From positions 806,001 through 870,000 of the forward strand of contig JBBPEB010000032.1 of the NCBI GenBank assembly GCA_039096225.1: a stretch of DNA of 64,000 bases, given 5' to 3'. The position numbers and the translations under genes were made by a program. Within the stretch, counting starts at the first letter, position 1; every line of letters begins with the position of its first letter. Shown piece by piece: positions 28,951 through 55,693 of the stretch. Origin of the DNA: Blastocystis sp. Blastoise (lineage: Eukaryota; Protista; Bigyra: Opalinata). The notes beneath the pieces were generated by a model. That model ran no database searches. It saw nothing but the letters and a program-made list of their open reading frames with translations, and was not told the origin of the DNA.

Positions 28951-30000
28951 ATGAGCATGAATAAAATTGAAGAATCTGCTGCTGAAGAAATCCAAGATAC
29001 TTTTCAACCCGTCGAACCTCCGAAACCTACCGGTCAAAGATGGCTAGTTCCTATTGATTTCTCTCCTCAGTCCTATGCTGCCTATATGTGGACTCTCAAA
29101 ACCATGAAACCTAACGATTTCTGTTTATTACTTAACGTTATGAACTTAAAAGCTCCTACATACGCTCATGATATTGCTCGTAACGATAGATTACAACAAG
29201 AAAGTAGAGATAAATTATCAAGTCTCACTAAACAAGCTAAGGATAAAGGAGTATGTTCTCTTTTTTTTTAAATATTTTACACATTTTTTACTATTGGTTC
29301 TCATTTCTAGCTTAGCTTTGTTCAACAATTATGTATTCTTGGTGAACCCTCTAAGATATCCTTATTGCTATTTTTTTTATATAGTTTATATCGAAATATA
29401 TATATATATAATTTCTTAATAAATGTACCAGATTGTAAAGATCGCCGAGAAAGAATCTATTGATGTTATTGTAATGGGAAGAAGAGGCATGTCTCAATTA
29501 AAGAGGTATTTATTATATTTATATATTTATTGTGTTTATTATATTTATTATGTCTATTATATTTATTATGTCTATTATATTTATTATATTTATTATATTT
29601 ATTATATTTATTATTATTATGTTTATTATTATTCATTTATTTCTATATTTTCATTCCAGTATATTTATATAATATTAATATTCTATGTATGAATCTATAT
29701 ATAGAATGTTAACTGGTTCTGTGTCACAATTTGTTTTATCTAATGCTCCTTGCGCGTATATATTATATATATATAATATAACATATAATACTATTCTATA
29801 TATATTATAGTGTGTGTTTAATGGGACCAGGTATAGCTGCAAAGATAGAAATGGAAGAAGATGAACGAAAAGATCGTGAAATTGATAGTGCTTTAAGTCA
29901 ATCTGATGCTGAAAATACAAAGATTCCCGTGTTTTTACCACGTCGTCATAGTATTAAAGATTTCGATGCTTCGGGCTCTGATGAAGATATTGTTATTTAA
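28951..30000 (+). CDS. universal stress protein (UspA domain), multi-exon
   Basis: WLVPIDFSPQSYAAYMW ... ILGEPSKQIVKIAEKESIDVIVMGRRGMSQLKRMLTGSVSQFVLSNAPCAVCL. Confidence 0.9.
29356..29428 (+). other. U12-type AT-AC intron in USP gene (73 nt, phase 0)
   Basis: 5' ATATCCTT (U12 consensus), branch-like TTTCTTAAT at 29412-29420, 3' GTAC; spliced product GEPSK|QIVKIAEKE. Confidence 0.9.
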
Positions 30001-30436
30001 ATATATAAAACAGTTATTATATTATTTATATATATAAAACTATATTTAAAACAATCCAATTCAATAATTTTTAAAAATCTTCTTAATTTTTTTTTATTTT
30101 ATTTACATACACATTTCTATATTATATAAATATATATCTTTCTTTGCTATTCATTACATATGTATCATAGCTTTTTCCTAAATATTTTTAATAATAATAA
30201 ATGCTATCAATATTAATGTATATTGTTTAATTTTCTTATTCATTTTTGTTATGAATAAAATTTGTTTTTTTAAATCATAATATAAAACATGAATAGCAAC
30301 TGTTTATGTAGACTAAAACACAAAAATCATGTATAGGTTCATAAATAGGATAATAATAAATATATAGAGAAACAGATATTTGTATATCACAATAATATAT
30401 ATATATGTAGAAATAAATAAATAAAACAATTATAGT

Positions 30437-34585
<4,149 letters not shown>

Positions 34586-35194
34586 TTTTTTCGTAACTAT
34601 ATACGATATGATTAAGTGAATAATATAGTTTCATCCTATACGTATGAATCAACGAGATAAAGGATTCTTCAAGATATTATGTTGAAATACTGATTGTTCA
34701 AAGACAATTTTTTTTTTTCAGATTTCCAGTGATTCTACAAATTTTTCCTTGATTATTTCAAATATTTGAAAAAATAATTATTTTTATCTACAACTGTTCA
34801 GAATAAAATACATATGTATTAAAAAAGGTTGAGCATGGTTTGTTATCTTTGGATGCATTAAATTAAAAGAAAATATATTTAAAAAAAAATAACAAAACAA
34901 TCAAAGCCCCTATAACTATTACAACTAAATCTAGAAATACATTCACATAATAGACTATTTTAGACACAGAAACAATAATGAATAATTTCATATAATATCT
35001 GATATATAAGTATTTTAATAACTATCATTGTAGAACCAATGACAAAAGAAGAAGAAAAAATGAATTTGAAAAGCATTAAAAAAAAGGAAAATGTTATTGA
35101 AAAACAAATAAATAAATATAGATATATATATATAATGTAAAATAAGAAAAGGATATATAATGTAATAAACTCTAATAACGTAAAAAATTCTTTC

Positions 35195-35597
35195 TTATTT
35201 ATTTTTTTCTCGAATATATTGATGTTTCATCGAAGACAGCCAATTGAAAAATGGTGCACAATAATCTAAATACCTATATAGAAAGTATATATAGTATATA
35301 AGTATTATATAGTATATATATATTATATATATATATAGTATATAACTTTCTAACACACAGATAATGAAAGAAAAAATATAAGAATATATATATATATATT
35401 TACCACAGTAAGGATATAACGAAGAGAAAAAGTAAAAATGATGAAATTTCTATATATATATAAATAATAATAAATATAATAATAACAATAAATATAATAA
35501 TAATTAATAATAATAAATAAAAATATACCTTGTGAATAACGGTAAACAGAAGATAATTTATCATGCATTTCAATAATATCAATACAGCTCTATATTA

Positions 35598-35631
<34 letters not shown>

Positions 35632-36185
35632 TTCAGGTATATTATCAAATGTATGAATTACACCCTTTTCAATCTATATATATAAATATATATACATATA
35701 CATATAATACATATATATACATTTTCACATTCATAGCTAGCATAAATATGTGTTAAAGACATCAGAAGAAGAAAAAATGACATATAAATATTGATCTATA
35801 AATGCAATAAATAGTATAATTTTATTTATAATATCAATGAAAATATTATTATTTTAATACAATTAAAGATTGACGTTTAAAATTAAATAGTTTGACAATA
35901 GAATCTATAAAGAATACAATCTGACTAGAAAGAATCAAAGAATTTGGTGGAAGACGAAACGAGACCTAAGAAAAAACACATTTATATTATATATCAAATA
36001 ACTCAATAATGGAAATGAAATAAAGAAATATATACATCATGATTACACATCATCTCATGCCTATCTAGAATAACATTATATACTCCGAAGTGATAATGTG
36101 ATAGTAAGGGTATAATCATCATTGATCCTTGCATTAAGAGAATGATTAAACAAACATAAAATTTATAATTGTAAATATTTTCCAT
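35195..36185 (-). CDS. hypothetical multi-pass membrane protein, multi-exon
   Basis: GT-AG exons join in frame from MENIYNYKFY to ...WYLDYCAPFFNWLSSMKHQYIREKNK*; several hydrophobic segments; no family recognised. Confidence 0.5.
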
Positions 36186-36619
36186 ATCATTAATTCTTTT
36201 CAAGTTTATTTTCACACTCGAGGACTTTATTAATGGTATATTGTGAATTTTAATGACTTAGAATAAAAATGGATGGAATGAAAACTAAAAGCAATAGAAA
36301 AATGAAAAAGAGAATAAAAAAATAAGACGGATTTCGTTTATCCTTCAAATTTGAGCGGAAATTCTAATATTCCCATGATTCTTGCAATTCCAACTAAAAA
36401 CATTTCGATCAAGATATGTACATTCTTTAATAAGAATCTTAAACTAAGAATAAGCTGTTTAAAATGGTTATGATGAAAACAAAACAAAACAATTTAATTT
36501 TGCACAAATAAGAATTACAATTAAAGTATTATAGTATAGAAGAAAAAAAGAAAATGAAAATATGTATAATATACACGAGAATCAAATAATAAAGTATGAA
36601 AAAGAATATATGTTTCTAT

Positions 36620-38303
36620 TTAGAAAGCGAAAAGATCATCTAAGTTATCATCTTGAGGTGTAGTAGGTTTTTTAGCAGCCTTCTTAGCAACCTTCTTCTT
36701 AGGTTTAACTTCTTCTTCTTCTTCTTCTTCTTCTTCATCTTCAGAAACAACTACCTTCTTAGTCTTCTTAACTACTTTCTTAGCAGCCTTCTTCTTAGGT
36801 TTTTCTTCTTCTTCTTCTTCTTCTTCTCCTCCAAAGATATCATCATCATCTTCATCTTCAGAAACAACTACCTTCTTAGCCTTCTTAACGACCTTCTTCA
36901 CAGCCTTCTTCTTAGGTTTTTCTTCTTCTTCTTCTTCATCATCATCACTATCATAAGAAACCTTCTTAGCCTTCTTTACAGTCTTCTTCTTAGGTCTTTC
37001 TTCTTCTTCATCATCATCATCACTATCATCTCTAAATTTAGAAGATTTCTTAGTACTCTTCTTCTTTGGCATATCATCTTCATCATCGCTATCATCTCTA
37101 AATTTAGAAGCCTTCTTCTTCTTAGGTAATTCTTCTTCAGATTCATCATCAGAATCAGCAAACTTAGACTTCTTCTTAGTAGCCTTCTTCTTACCACTAT
37201 CCTATATAATATATAGAATAGAGTATTAATGGGATAACAAAGAAAATCAAGTATATTTATATTAGTAGATAAATGTTTTATATAATAATAAATAATATAA
37301 TAATAAATAATATATAATAAATAAATATAATGATAATAATATATATATACCATATCAGTAAGTGTTTCATCAATGAAGTCGTCGTCATCATCCTCATCAT
37401 CACTTCCATAATTTTCTTTAAATTTAGGAATACCTATATTATTATTAAATATATATATAAAAACAATAATAATAATAAATATATAAAACAATAAATAATA
37501 TATCGAAAGAAATTATTTAAAATAACATTATAATAAATGAATAAGTATTTCTTTCTTTCATATATGTACCATATAAATATATACTAGTATCTTCTTCAGC
37601 AGCAGGAAGCCAAGTAGGTCTTCTAGCAGATCTCTTACCAAGTTTAGATTTAATGAGTTTAAGAGCATCAGCAGCAGTAATTCTCTTACTTTGTTCAGGA
37701 GTAAGCATAGATTTCATTAAATTAAGAAGTTCAGAAGAATAGTTATTACGAGGAGGAGGAGGATATTTACCACCAAGAATAGCTAATTTATTACCGGTTT
37801 GGAAAGGTTGTTTCATAAACATTAATGTATATAAAATACAACCTAAAGCCCACATATCTACTTTTTCATCTACTTTAGAAATACCAAAGAAATCGACAAG
37901 TTCAGGTGCACGATACATTTGAGTCGTAGTTTTAGCGATTTCATCTTCAAGAGCAGTAATAGTCTTCTTATCTTTCAATTCAACTGCACCAGCATGGCAT
38001 GAACCAAAATCAATAAGTTTCCATGTATTATTCTTGGATAAAAGAATATTTTCTAACTTTAAATCACGATGAGCAATAGCAGGCTTTTGTTTATGTAAGA
38101 AAGCAATAGCAGAAGTAATATCATACATAATTTCCCAAATACCACTTTCAGGAATAGACTTCTTTTCTTTTTCCATCTTTTGAAGTATACTAATTAAAGC
38201 TTCAGGACAATGTTCCATAAGAACACGATATTCCCAACCTATATATATTATTAATATTATTATTATTAATATTATTATTAACATTATTATTATTAATATT
38301 ATT

Positions 38304-38353
<50 letters not shown>

Positions 38354-38867
38354 GAATACTAATATTGCTATTCTTATATTTATAATAACAATAATAAGAA
38401 TACTAATATTGCTATTCTTATACTTATAATAACAATAATATATATAATCACTTAAACATACCACCAAAAATCTTCTTCTTTTGAAGACCATAGATCTTAG
38501 CACAAGAAGGAACATTCTTAACAAGTCTAAGAACTTTAAATTCATTATCCATCATAGGTTCAAGTTCATCTGACTATAAATATATATATATATATATATT
38601 AATATATTTATATTCATGAATCTTTAATATTTATGAATATTATTTAAAAAAAAATCAACTTCTTAATGATATAGAAATATCAAACAAAAGAATATAAAGG
38701 CATACTTTGCATTCCATACGTTTAATAACAAGAGGTCTTCCACTTCTGTCCTCAGTAACAAGCCATACAGAACCATAACCACCTGTACCGATCTTCTTTT
38801 CAACCCAAAAGGTTTTATCACCTAAGATCATCTTAGGCTTAGCTTTAGTTTCAGCAGCCTTGCTCAT
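36620..38867 (-). CDS. NAK-family (AAK1/GAK/BIKE-like) Ser/Thr kinase with Lys/Glu/Asp repeat tail
   Basis: IGTGGYGSVWLV, AIAHRDLKLENILL, KLIDFGS, EDEIAKTTTQMYRAPELVD, EKVDMWALGCILYTL (NAK-type activation segment). Confidence 0.9.
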
Positions 38868-39706
38868 TCTAGTGTATTATATATATATAAAGAATAAAAC
38901 AAAATATTTGTTTGTCAAAAAGAACAAAAATTAATGCATTCATTTATACATGTTTTAAGAAATGAGAATGATTTTGAAATGTCGTGAACTTTATTCACGA
39001 ATATTTAGTATCTCTATGTCGACTCACAATCAATAACCATTATTATTTTTTCAGATATCACGACAGAATCTAGACCTCCCAAGATCTTTTTCTTTTAACC
39101 ATGGGAATTCTCATAAAAAAAATAGAAAAGAAGAACTCAATTATTTCAAAAGAGTTTATTCTTTATTTTCTATAATTTAAAATAGAGATAACATAATCTG
39201 ATATATTTTTCATCTCTATACCATGCTGTAGTAATCTTGATATAATTAATAAATACTAAAGTCAGAATTCACTAACATTTTTACAATTATTATTGTTGAA
39301 TTGATTTAATTCTTAATTGACTGCTTATTATCATGGTTTTAAATAGAAGACTAATGATTTCTTCATAAAAATCAATAAATAGAAAAGAATGAACTACAGA
39401 TTGTGAATAATATTTGAATTCATCTAAAATAGAATATCCTCAACATGAGGAGTGTCATTCAATAATTATTTCAGAACAAGATATTCAGCTATGATTGATG
39501 CATACCTTATTAAACTGAATGTTTTCTTGGTTTCATTCATAATCACGGTTATTCCTAGAGAAAAAGAGGTTTTCTATAGGAATCTCTCTTTTTTATATCG
39601 AAAATTCTATACGTTTAAGAGTTTGTTTTTTCTTGAGAGAATTTGTTTGATATGTTCTTCTCTCTTTTTGATAAAAAAAGTTTTATTTTATCATTAATTT
39701 AAATAA

Positions 39707-41395
<1,689 letters not shown>

Positions 41396-41925
41396 ATGAT
41401 TCTACTATTCTTTATATATCTTATTTTTCTTTCACTTTTTTTTTATATACATTTTAATAATATACATCTATTGTTAATTCTATTTTTTTATCATTCTCTC
41501 TTTTTCATTTTTTTTCTTTTGTTTCATTTCTTTTTTTATTATTACTCAATCAATTTGATTTCTTTTGTTTTCGTATCGTAGAATTCATCAATAGTTTCTT
41601 TCTATCTACTTATATCATTGCTTTTGTTTGCTATATTTTCTATTATAATAGTCTAAACCATAAGTATCACAAACAACAATTCTAACAAATTATTAATTTA
41701 ATAGAATTCTTATACAAAAAAGAGTAAAAACACCATTTTTGTTTTTATACATCAAAAACCGAATTGAAAACAAAAATCTCATTGAAAATCCAAACTAAAA
41801 TCACTCAAAACTCAAAATAACCCTGAATCAGGAAACGACAACATTTTTTTCTAAGGAATTCTTCCGTCAACATTTTAATTACAATTCATGTTTCATCTTT
41901 TTATTTCTTTTTATCTTAACGAATT

Positions 41926-43395
41926 ATGAATTATTTATGTACTTTTCTTGTATCCATACTTTTCATAGTAGGAGCCCTATTCTTTCTCAGTGGATTTTCG
42001 TCATCAAATACCAATAAATCTGTCAATGGAAACAAGAAATCCAAAAACTCTAATGCTTTTGATAAAATATCTAATTTCGTTAACGATAATCGTGCTCTAT
42101 TATCATCAAAAAGATTTAATCAACGTTCCAAAAAGTATCATTTAATAGGCACAAACCATGAGATGTTCTCATTTCATCTTATGGAAGAAAAAGTACTACC
42201 TACGTCATTAGATAATTCTATCACAAAAGAAATTAATACTATTCCAGATATTCATACTGATGATGTCAATAAGACTATAAGTATTGAATCCATTAAAACT
42301 CCTCCAGTAACGAAAATTAATGTACCAATCCCCAAAATATCTTCAACTGTCTCTGTAAATTCAACTTATCCTATTTTCTATGGCTCTTTATCTTATGGAT
42401 ATCTTGATGGTACAATTCCTAATCTATTTGAAGAAAAGGATGTTGCTTTACCAGAATCCATCTATAAAAATGTAGATTTAAAACGAATTCAACCTTTCCG
42501 TTTTCAATTATCTCATAGTGCAGTTCCTGAAGATCCATCTCCTAATGCTTATGTTCCAAGAACTTATAATATTCCCATAACTCGCCATTTCTCCTTTTAT
42601 AGTTTTCCTAAATTTGAAAATCCTAAACATCCATTTGATGATTATATGGTTGTTGCATTTATTAAAACAACTTGGAAGAGAATTCAAAATCGAAATGTCA
42701 TCCGTCAATCGTATATGAATCTTGATAAAGCACCTATGCTAAAGAATAAGATGAAGTTTTATTTTATTGTTGGTTTTAATCCTAGTTATATCAATCCTCC
42801 TGAATTAATAAAAGAACAAGAAACTTATAATGATATGATTATTGTTAATGTTATAGATCAATATAATAACTTAACAATTAAAACTTTAATGTTAGAAGAT
42901 ATGTTTGTTGCATTAAATTCAACTGCTAAATATTATATGTCTATAGATGATGATGTTTGTATTGATCCTTACAGAATCTATAAACATTTATTAACTGCTC
43001 CACGTACTAACTATTATATAGGTAAAAAAATATATGAACATCCTTCTAAAGAACTTACAAAGAGTCATTCTATTCCTGAAGATGTATTACCTATTGAATA
43101 TACATTTGCATATGGTCCTGCTTATATAATGTCAAGTGATATTCTTTATTGCCATATACAACAAATAAGAAAAGTGAATGGATTCTTTCATGTCGATGAT
43201 GCTTTTGTAGGTTATTTAACTACTTTATGTAATGTACAACTTCAACCGATTAATCGATGGATGGGAGATGCACAAAAGATGTTAGGACATTCTCTTGAAT
43301 TCTCAAAACGTGAGTATTTCACTGCTCATCATCTAGGCAGACCCGAACAACTCAATGAAGTCTGTATTAGTGTTTATTCTAGAACATTTGATTAA
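41926..43395 (+). CDS. GT31 beta-1,3-galactosyltransferase-like type II membrane protein, single exon
   Basis: N-terminal TM; RNVIRQSY, FIVG, EQETYNDMI, DQYNNLTIKT, DDD motif, YGPAYIMS, VDDAFVG. Confidence 0.9.
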   Translation: MNYLCTFLVSILFIVGALFFLSGFSSSNTNKSVNGNKKSKNSNAFDKISNFVNDNRALLSSKRFNQRSKKYHLIGTNHEMFSFHLMEEKVLPTSLDNSITKEINTIPDIHTDDVNKTISIESIKTPPVTKINVPIPKISSTVSVNSTYPIFYGSLSYGYLDGTIPNLFEEKDVALPESIYKNVDLKRIQPFRFQLSHSAVPEDPSPNAYVPRTYNIPITRHFSFYSFPKFENPKHPFDDYMVVAFIKTTWKRIQNRNVIRQSYMNLDKAPMLKNKMKFYFIVGFNPSYINPPELIKEQETYNDMIIVNVIDQYNNLTIKTLMLEDMFVALNSTAKYYMSIDDDVCIDPYRIYKHLLTAPRTNYYIGKKIYEHPSKELTKSHSIPEDVLPIEYTFAYGPAYIMSSDILYCHIQQIRKVNGFFHVDDAFVGYLTTLCNVQLQPINRWMGDAQKMLGHSLEFSKREYFTAHHLGRPEQLNEVCISVYSRTFD

Positions 43396-44017
43396 TATTT
43401 ATTATAAAGAATTATTAAAAAGATTTTCATATTATTTTCTTATTTATATATATATATTATTTTTATATCTTATTTCATATTTATTATTAATTTCATTTTT
43501 TTTCAATTGTTCTAATTATATGAATTATTTAAATTTTTCGTATATACTTTTGATACTATTATATATATTCATATAAATAATTCTTATTATTATTCCTTTG
43601 AGTTCTACAAATATTCTCAAAAGTTTTATTTATTGTCAATATCCTATAACTTATTAACAATATTCTATATTATTATATTTCTACATGATTTCTCCATATT
43701 CTTTTTTGATATATCTAAAAAATAATTTCTCAAGATATAACATGTCTCTCATGATTTTTTTTTCATTCTATTATATTCATATCTCTATTATATATATATA
43801 TTATATGTAATTCTATTTATATTTTTGTTTTATTGACTACTGGAATGATACTAAAAATGGTTTAAAAAAAAACAAAAGAAAACATTCAGATAAGCAAGAC
43901 AACAACATTATTGAAAAACATAAATAATTAACAAAGCAACCTATGCATATACATAATACAACTTTAATAGCCAATATAATGCATTCTTTATTCTCTATAA
44001 AACACATAAAAAGAATA

Positions 44018-44366
44018 CTACGAACGACGTCTTTGACTTGATGAACTCCTATTTTAAAAAATAAAATATCAGATTTAAAAGAAAAATACATTATATTTGT
44101 ATCATTGGCAGCTCTTTTCATAGACTATATATACATTTAATTATTCAAATTGACGAATAAATAAGAAATCTAGCAATTACTCCTTGATTCTTTATATCGC
44201 GCAAAGCTTTTATTAAAAGACTAGTTCTATCGAACTCAAATTTCATTAAGGGTGTTGTATCATCTGTTGTATAATATAACAAAAATTGTCGCTTTTGAGC
44301 CTTTTCAGGTATCTGAGAAAAACGAGCGGGGTTTTCACATGGAAGGTTTTGAAGGATAGAAGTCAT
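44018..44366 (-). CDS. DDA1: DET1- and DDB1-associated protein 1-like, 3 exons
   Basis: MTSILQNLPCENPARFSQI...YYTTDDTTP...FDRTSLLIKAL matches the DDA1 pattern LP..N..NFS...Y..T...P...T..LLR.L; spliced end SMKRAANDTNIMSSSSQRRRS*. Confidence 0.65.
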
Positions 44367-45558
44367 TTCTGCTAATTACTCGTTTGCTACGATGATAAGG
44401 ACTTGAATGAAGTTATATAACTAGATAAATAAAGCTTCTAACACTACAAAAACTCAAAAAAAAATTAAATCAACAAAAACAGAAAAACAAAAAGAACAAA
44501 AATAAAAATTACCATGTAAATTGTTTTCTTCCTTCTCATTGGAGAACGTATTCATGATGACCAATAAATTGAATGATCAATAGATGAAACAGCTTCTTTT
44601 TCGTTTTTCTTTTCTTTATTTGGGATCTAGTTTTCTCATTTTTAGCACGAAGAATGAATAGTACATACTCTAATGTTTAATTATCATTTAAACACATTAT
44701 TTATAGATATATTTTCAAATAGCATATAGATTATATTAAAAAGTTTGAATTATTATCGAGGAATTATGGTTTTTATTTGCAATCATTTTAGTTTTTTCTC
44801 TTTAAAACGATACGCACATATCTTATGTGTATCGTAATATGTAAATCTATTTCAAATAGTGATCAAATGGCCATAATTACTTATTAGTTCTGTTTTTAAT
44901 CATTCTAGGTCGAGTGATTATTTTTTCAAAATCTCTATTTATTCATACTTTCATAAGCAATCTAAAAAAAGAAAAAAAAAATAGGTGAAAAGAAAAGAGA
45001 CTTTGTATTAAATATGCAAAAATAATACTATATATGGTTTCTTATTTGTTTATTATGAATATATATGTAATTAAAGTATTATTTTAACATAAAAATCAAT
45101 TATTTATTTTACTGTCAGTATATCTATCATAATTGTTTTAATAAATAATATATCATTTACAATTCTCTATATAGTATAATTATTCATCAACTGTTAACCA
45201 TAATAAAAGTAACGAATTCTAATCTTCTTTAAAGATAACAAAAAAACGTTTTCTTTTAATAATAAATAACAAACAATAAGATATTTAAATATAAGATAGT
45301 AGAATGAAACAATAAATAAAGAAATATAGAAAACAGATACATTTAATATAATAAAAACAACATGAATAAAAAACATAGTAATCGTATAAAAAATTATAAA
45401 CAAATATATATAAAGAGAAAGCAATAAATAAAAACTTAATAAAAGAATAGTATATATATAGAATGAAAAATGAATATAGACATAGATTTATAGATATAAT
45501 CAAATAGTGATTAATAATAGTATAGAATATCGTTTATTCTTTATAAATAGTGATATAT

Positions 45559-51752
<6,194 letters not shown>

Positions 51753-52699
51753 AGCAATGTCTATTTTTTAAGAGGAATAGAACCAAAAATAGAATTAAAA
51801 TATACTATTTATCTATAACAACGGTTCTTTGATATAGTGATCAAGATAAATATGATTTGCAATGAAATTTACAACCAAATTAATTTGTTTTAAATAATTT
51901 ACTAAAAAGAGGAAAATCAGTATTATTTCCATAAATCCAGCCGAGAATTCTGGCCTTATTATAGTAAAACTGGATTTTCAGCTACTCTTCAGAAGATCTT
52001 TTAAAACTTGTTTTGTGTTTCCTATTTGATAATGTAATTTCTTTTTAGCGAAATAAGAAAATAATTATTTCTCAACAGTCACAGCGTCTATCAGACTTTA
52101 GTAAACACTCTTTGACCCAGAATTATAAAAACTTGTTGCTAATTCTAAGATTAGCCAATCTCGTTAATTCAATGGTTTTCAATTTATTTATTGATGTCCT
52201 GATTTTTAGTACTATAAAATGTATACAAAAATGTATATTTTTTAATTTCACAGTAAAGAAAATAAAAAGATTTTTTCTATCAACAACTAATATATCAAAA
52301 CTCGATTCTCTAAATCTAACTGCATGTGATACTTACACTAAAACTGTTTTTAAATAAAGATAAATGAAAGAGAGAATAAAAATCTAAAAGAAATAGATAA
52401 AAAAAAAAGATTCTCATCATTTGTGATTTTGGGTGTATTTCATAGTTTAAGAAAAAGAAATAATAATATAAAAAATAGAATATATAGTTAAATAAGATAA
52501 TAATAGAAGAGATTACTCATAAAGAAATCATTTATGGATATATATATATATATATATAAATGAATAGAAATAGCTAATTTAAAAAAATATATAGATATAT
52601 ATATAGATATATAGGAATAACCCTTAAGAAAATATATATACTTAAAGAACACAAATAATAAAAAGAATGGGGAAAATTGTGACAAAATAGAAAGAATAT

Positions 52700-52736
<37 letters not shown>

Positions 52737-55693
52737 TTAATTTGAGTTCGAATTGATGTCTAGAGATAGTTTTTCTAATTTCTGAATAATCACGGGAAAT
52801 GATGGCCTTAATTCAGGATTTGTTTGCCAACATTGAGTCATTATTTGTATATATTCTATATATATAAGTATTATTACGGTTATAAAAAAATCGATAGATA
52901 ATTATATATATTAATTAACTGTATATATAATATAGAATACCTTGAGGGCAATCCTGGGGAATTGGCGGTCTTAATCCCCGCTTTAGCACAGAAACAGCGG
53001 CCTAATATATATATAAAGTCAATCCTTGAATAAATTATATAATATAGATAATATTAGCATATATATTTATGAAGAGAGTAGATATATAGTTATATAAGAT
53101 TAAAATGATCATGTAATATATAAGAATCATTGATTCAATAGAATCAATACTAATAATAAAATGAATAATATATATATATATATATACTTGTATTCCTGAT
53201 TTCCCTTCATAAGGAAGTTTCCTAGTATATAACTCCCATATTAATATACCAAAACTATATATATCAGCTTTCTCTGTATATCTCTTATTATCAAGAACTT
53301 CAGGAGCCATCCTATATATATATAATTATATATATATACACTTATTCAATCATCATTATTATTAATATACATAATTATATATACACCTATTCAATCATTA
53401 TTATTATTAATATACATAATTATATATATACACTTATTCAATCATTATTAGTATATATACATATATAATCATAGCATTTATTATTATATATATAATAAAT
53501 CATAATAGTATTCATAATATATATAACAATAATAAATATGATGATTGTTTTATATATAATTCTATTCCTATTACTACATATATATACCATTGATAAGTGC
53601 CACAATTCCCGGTCATTGTTTCTGTTCTTGCCTTCACACGCGCTAGACCAAAGTCAGTAATCTTCGCTCTAAAGGCTACATCTAGTAATATATTAGCACT
53701 CTTAAGATCTCTATGTAATAAAACAGGTTTTCGTGTATGTAAATAAGCCATTCCATAAGCGATATCTAAAGCTATTTGAACTTTCAATCGAGTAGAAAGA
53801 GGAATAGCATCCGTATGTAGAACATCCCATAGAGACCCTCGTGAAGCCAGTTCGGAGACGAGACACAAATGAGGAGGAGTGACGCATGCCGAGAGGAAGA
53901 GAACAATGTTAGGATGACGCAGAGAAGCTAAAATACCAACTTCCAACTGGAAATCCTGAACAATATCTAGATGAAGAAGGAATAATAAGAAGTATAAGAA
54001 GTATTATATAAGTATAATAATATAAATATAATAAATATAAAGATAATGTCGTGATTATTTCATTATATATAAAAATGTATAAAATTAACAATAATTATAT
54101 ATATATATATAAATACCACTTCCTACATGGCAATTAAGGACTTTAATTGCTACCGGTGTTCCTCGCCATCTTCCCTTATATACACGGCCATAGGCTCCCT
54201 CCCCAATAGAGTCACCTACTTCTAATTCCTCCCAAGGAATAGCAAACTCTGGAGGTAGGGAAAACTATATATATATATATATAGGAATAATTTTTTATCA
54301 AGAAATAATATACTAACACAATATACCAATTCTAGTTATATATATATATAGATATATATTTATTTATAGATATAGATATACTTCTGGTTGTTCATTTTGA
54401 GGTATAGCTGCATTTGGTGAATTAATTCGAGTATATCGAAGAACCACGGGAGCTTCTGCTTTTACAGCGTCATCCGCTTGAACTCCCACGGGAGGAGGTC
54501 GACGAACAAAAGGATTATATGCATTCTTCTATATATATAAGGAAATAGACAGTATAGATATGTATATATAATACAAGTAGTTTTCTTATTATTATTAAAT
54601 ATATAATTATTATATAATGTAATATATAAAAAAAAATAATATATATATATATAATAATTGAATTTGAAATACTTGGTTTTCTTGTTTTTCAGGCACGTGA
54701 TCCGTTAGATCGGATTCCGATTGATAACGTTGTTTCACAAATGGGTTGTGCATCATAGGGGGTTTGTGTTCCTCATGATCATCAGATTTGGGGGATTGGA
54801 GTGGATTTGGTGCAATAACTACATTATCCTGAAGATGATCATCAGTTCTTTCTTGATTCTCTTTTGGATTATTCATATTCACTTCATTATTATTGTTATT
54901 TACATTATCAGACTTATTATAGTTATTTATATTCACAGCACGATCATTATTATTTATGATTACGGGAAATGGCATATTTCTATTGAATCCAATTCGTATG
55001 TTTCGATTTTGGTTGTATAGAATATGGTTTTTAATTTCATTATCTATAATCATAGCATTATACTCCATAGGAGGAGGTTCTATTGGAATTTGCGGATCAT
55101 AAGGAATGTCATTTTGTACGAGATTTCCGTACATATCGTTAGGATTATTTACATATGGATTGAATGGAAGGGGTTGATTGGCGTTTGGTGTATCAGAAAT
55201 AGCCAATGGAGAATGATTATAACGTTCATTTGGTTGTTTACGTATAGGGTCAAAAAGTGGGCTATTTCTGACAAACAGTTTATCATTTGCTAGAATAATA
55301 GGGTATAAAATTCACATATAGTATAAACAAACCTTCATTTCGTCGTTGACGATTAACTACAATATTATCATGCACAGGATGATTTTGAAAGTATCCAGGA
55401 GGGGACATCGGTCGAAACTATAGAATAAGAGTATAGAGGCAATCATTTATGTGAAAATAAGGAACAAACCTGTTTCAATTGTTCTGGATCACCAATAGAT
55501 ACCAAGCTATATAGATAGAAATTTCTGATGAATGACTTACCTGTCATCTTTGAACTTTTGTGGATGATAGAACAATTTTGCAACAATGGCGACAATTCCG
55601 AGTCTTTAGAATAGAATAGTCTCCTCAAGAAGGTGTTATATACAGTGTTATTGTACCAACAAAAAGACAAGCAAATGCATAGAGGAAGGTCAT
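52737..55693 (-). CDS. tyrosine-kinase-like (MLK/CTR1-type) kinase with N-terminal hydrophobic anchor, multi-exon
   Basis: IPWEELEVGDSIGEGAYGRVYKGRWRGTPVAIK, LRHPNIVLF, HRDLKSANILL, DFGLAR, GTYQWMAPEV, ADIYSFGI; spliced N-terminus MTFLYAFACLFVGTITLLGIVAIVAKL. Confidence 0.9.
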
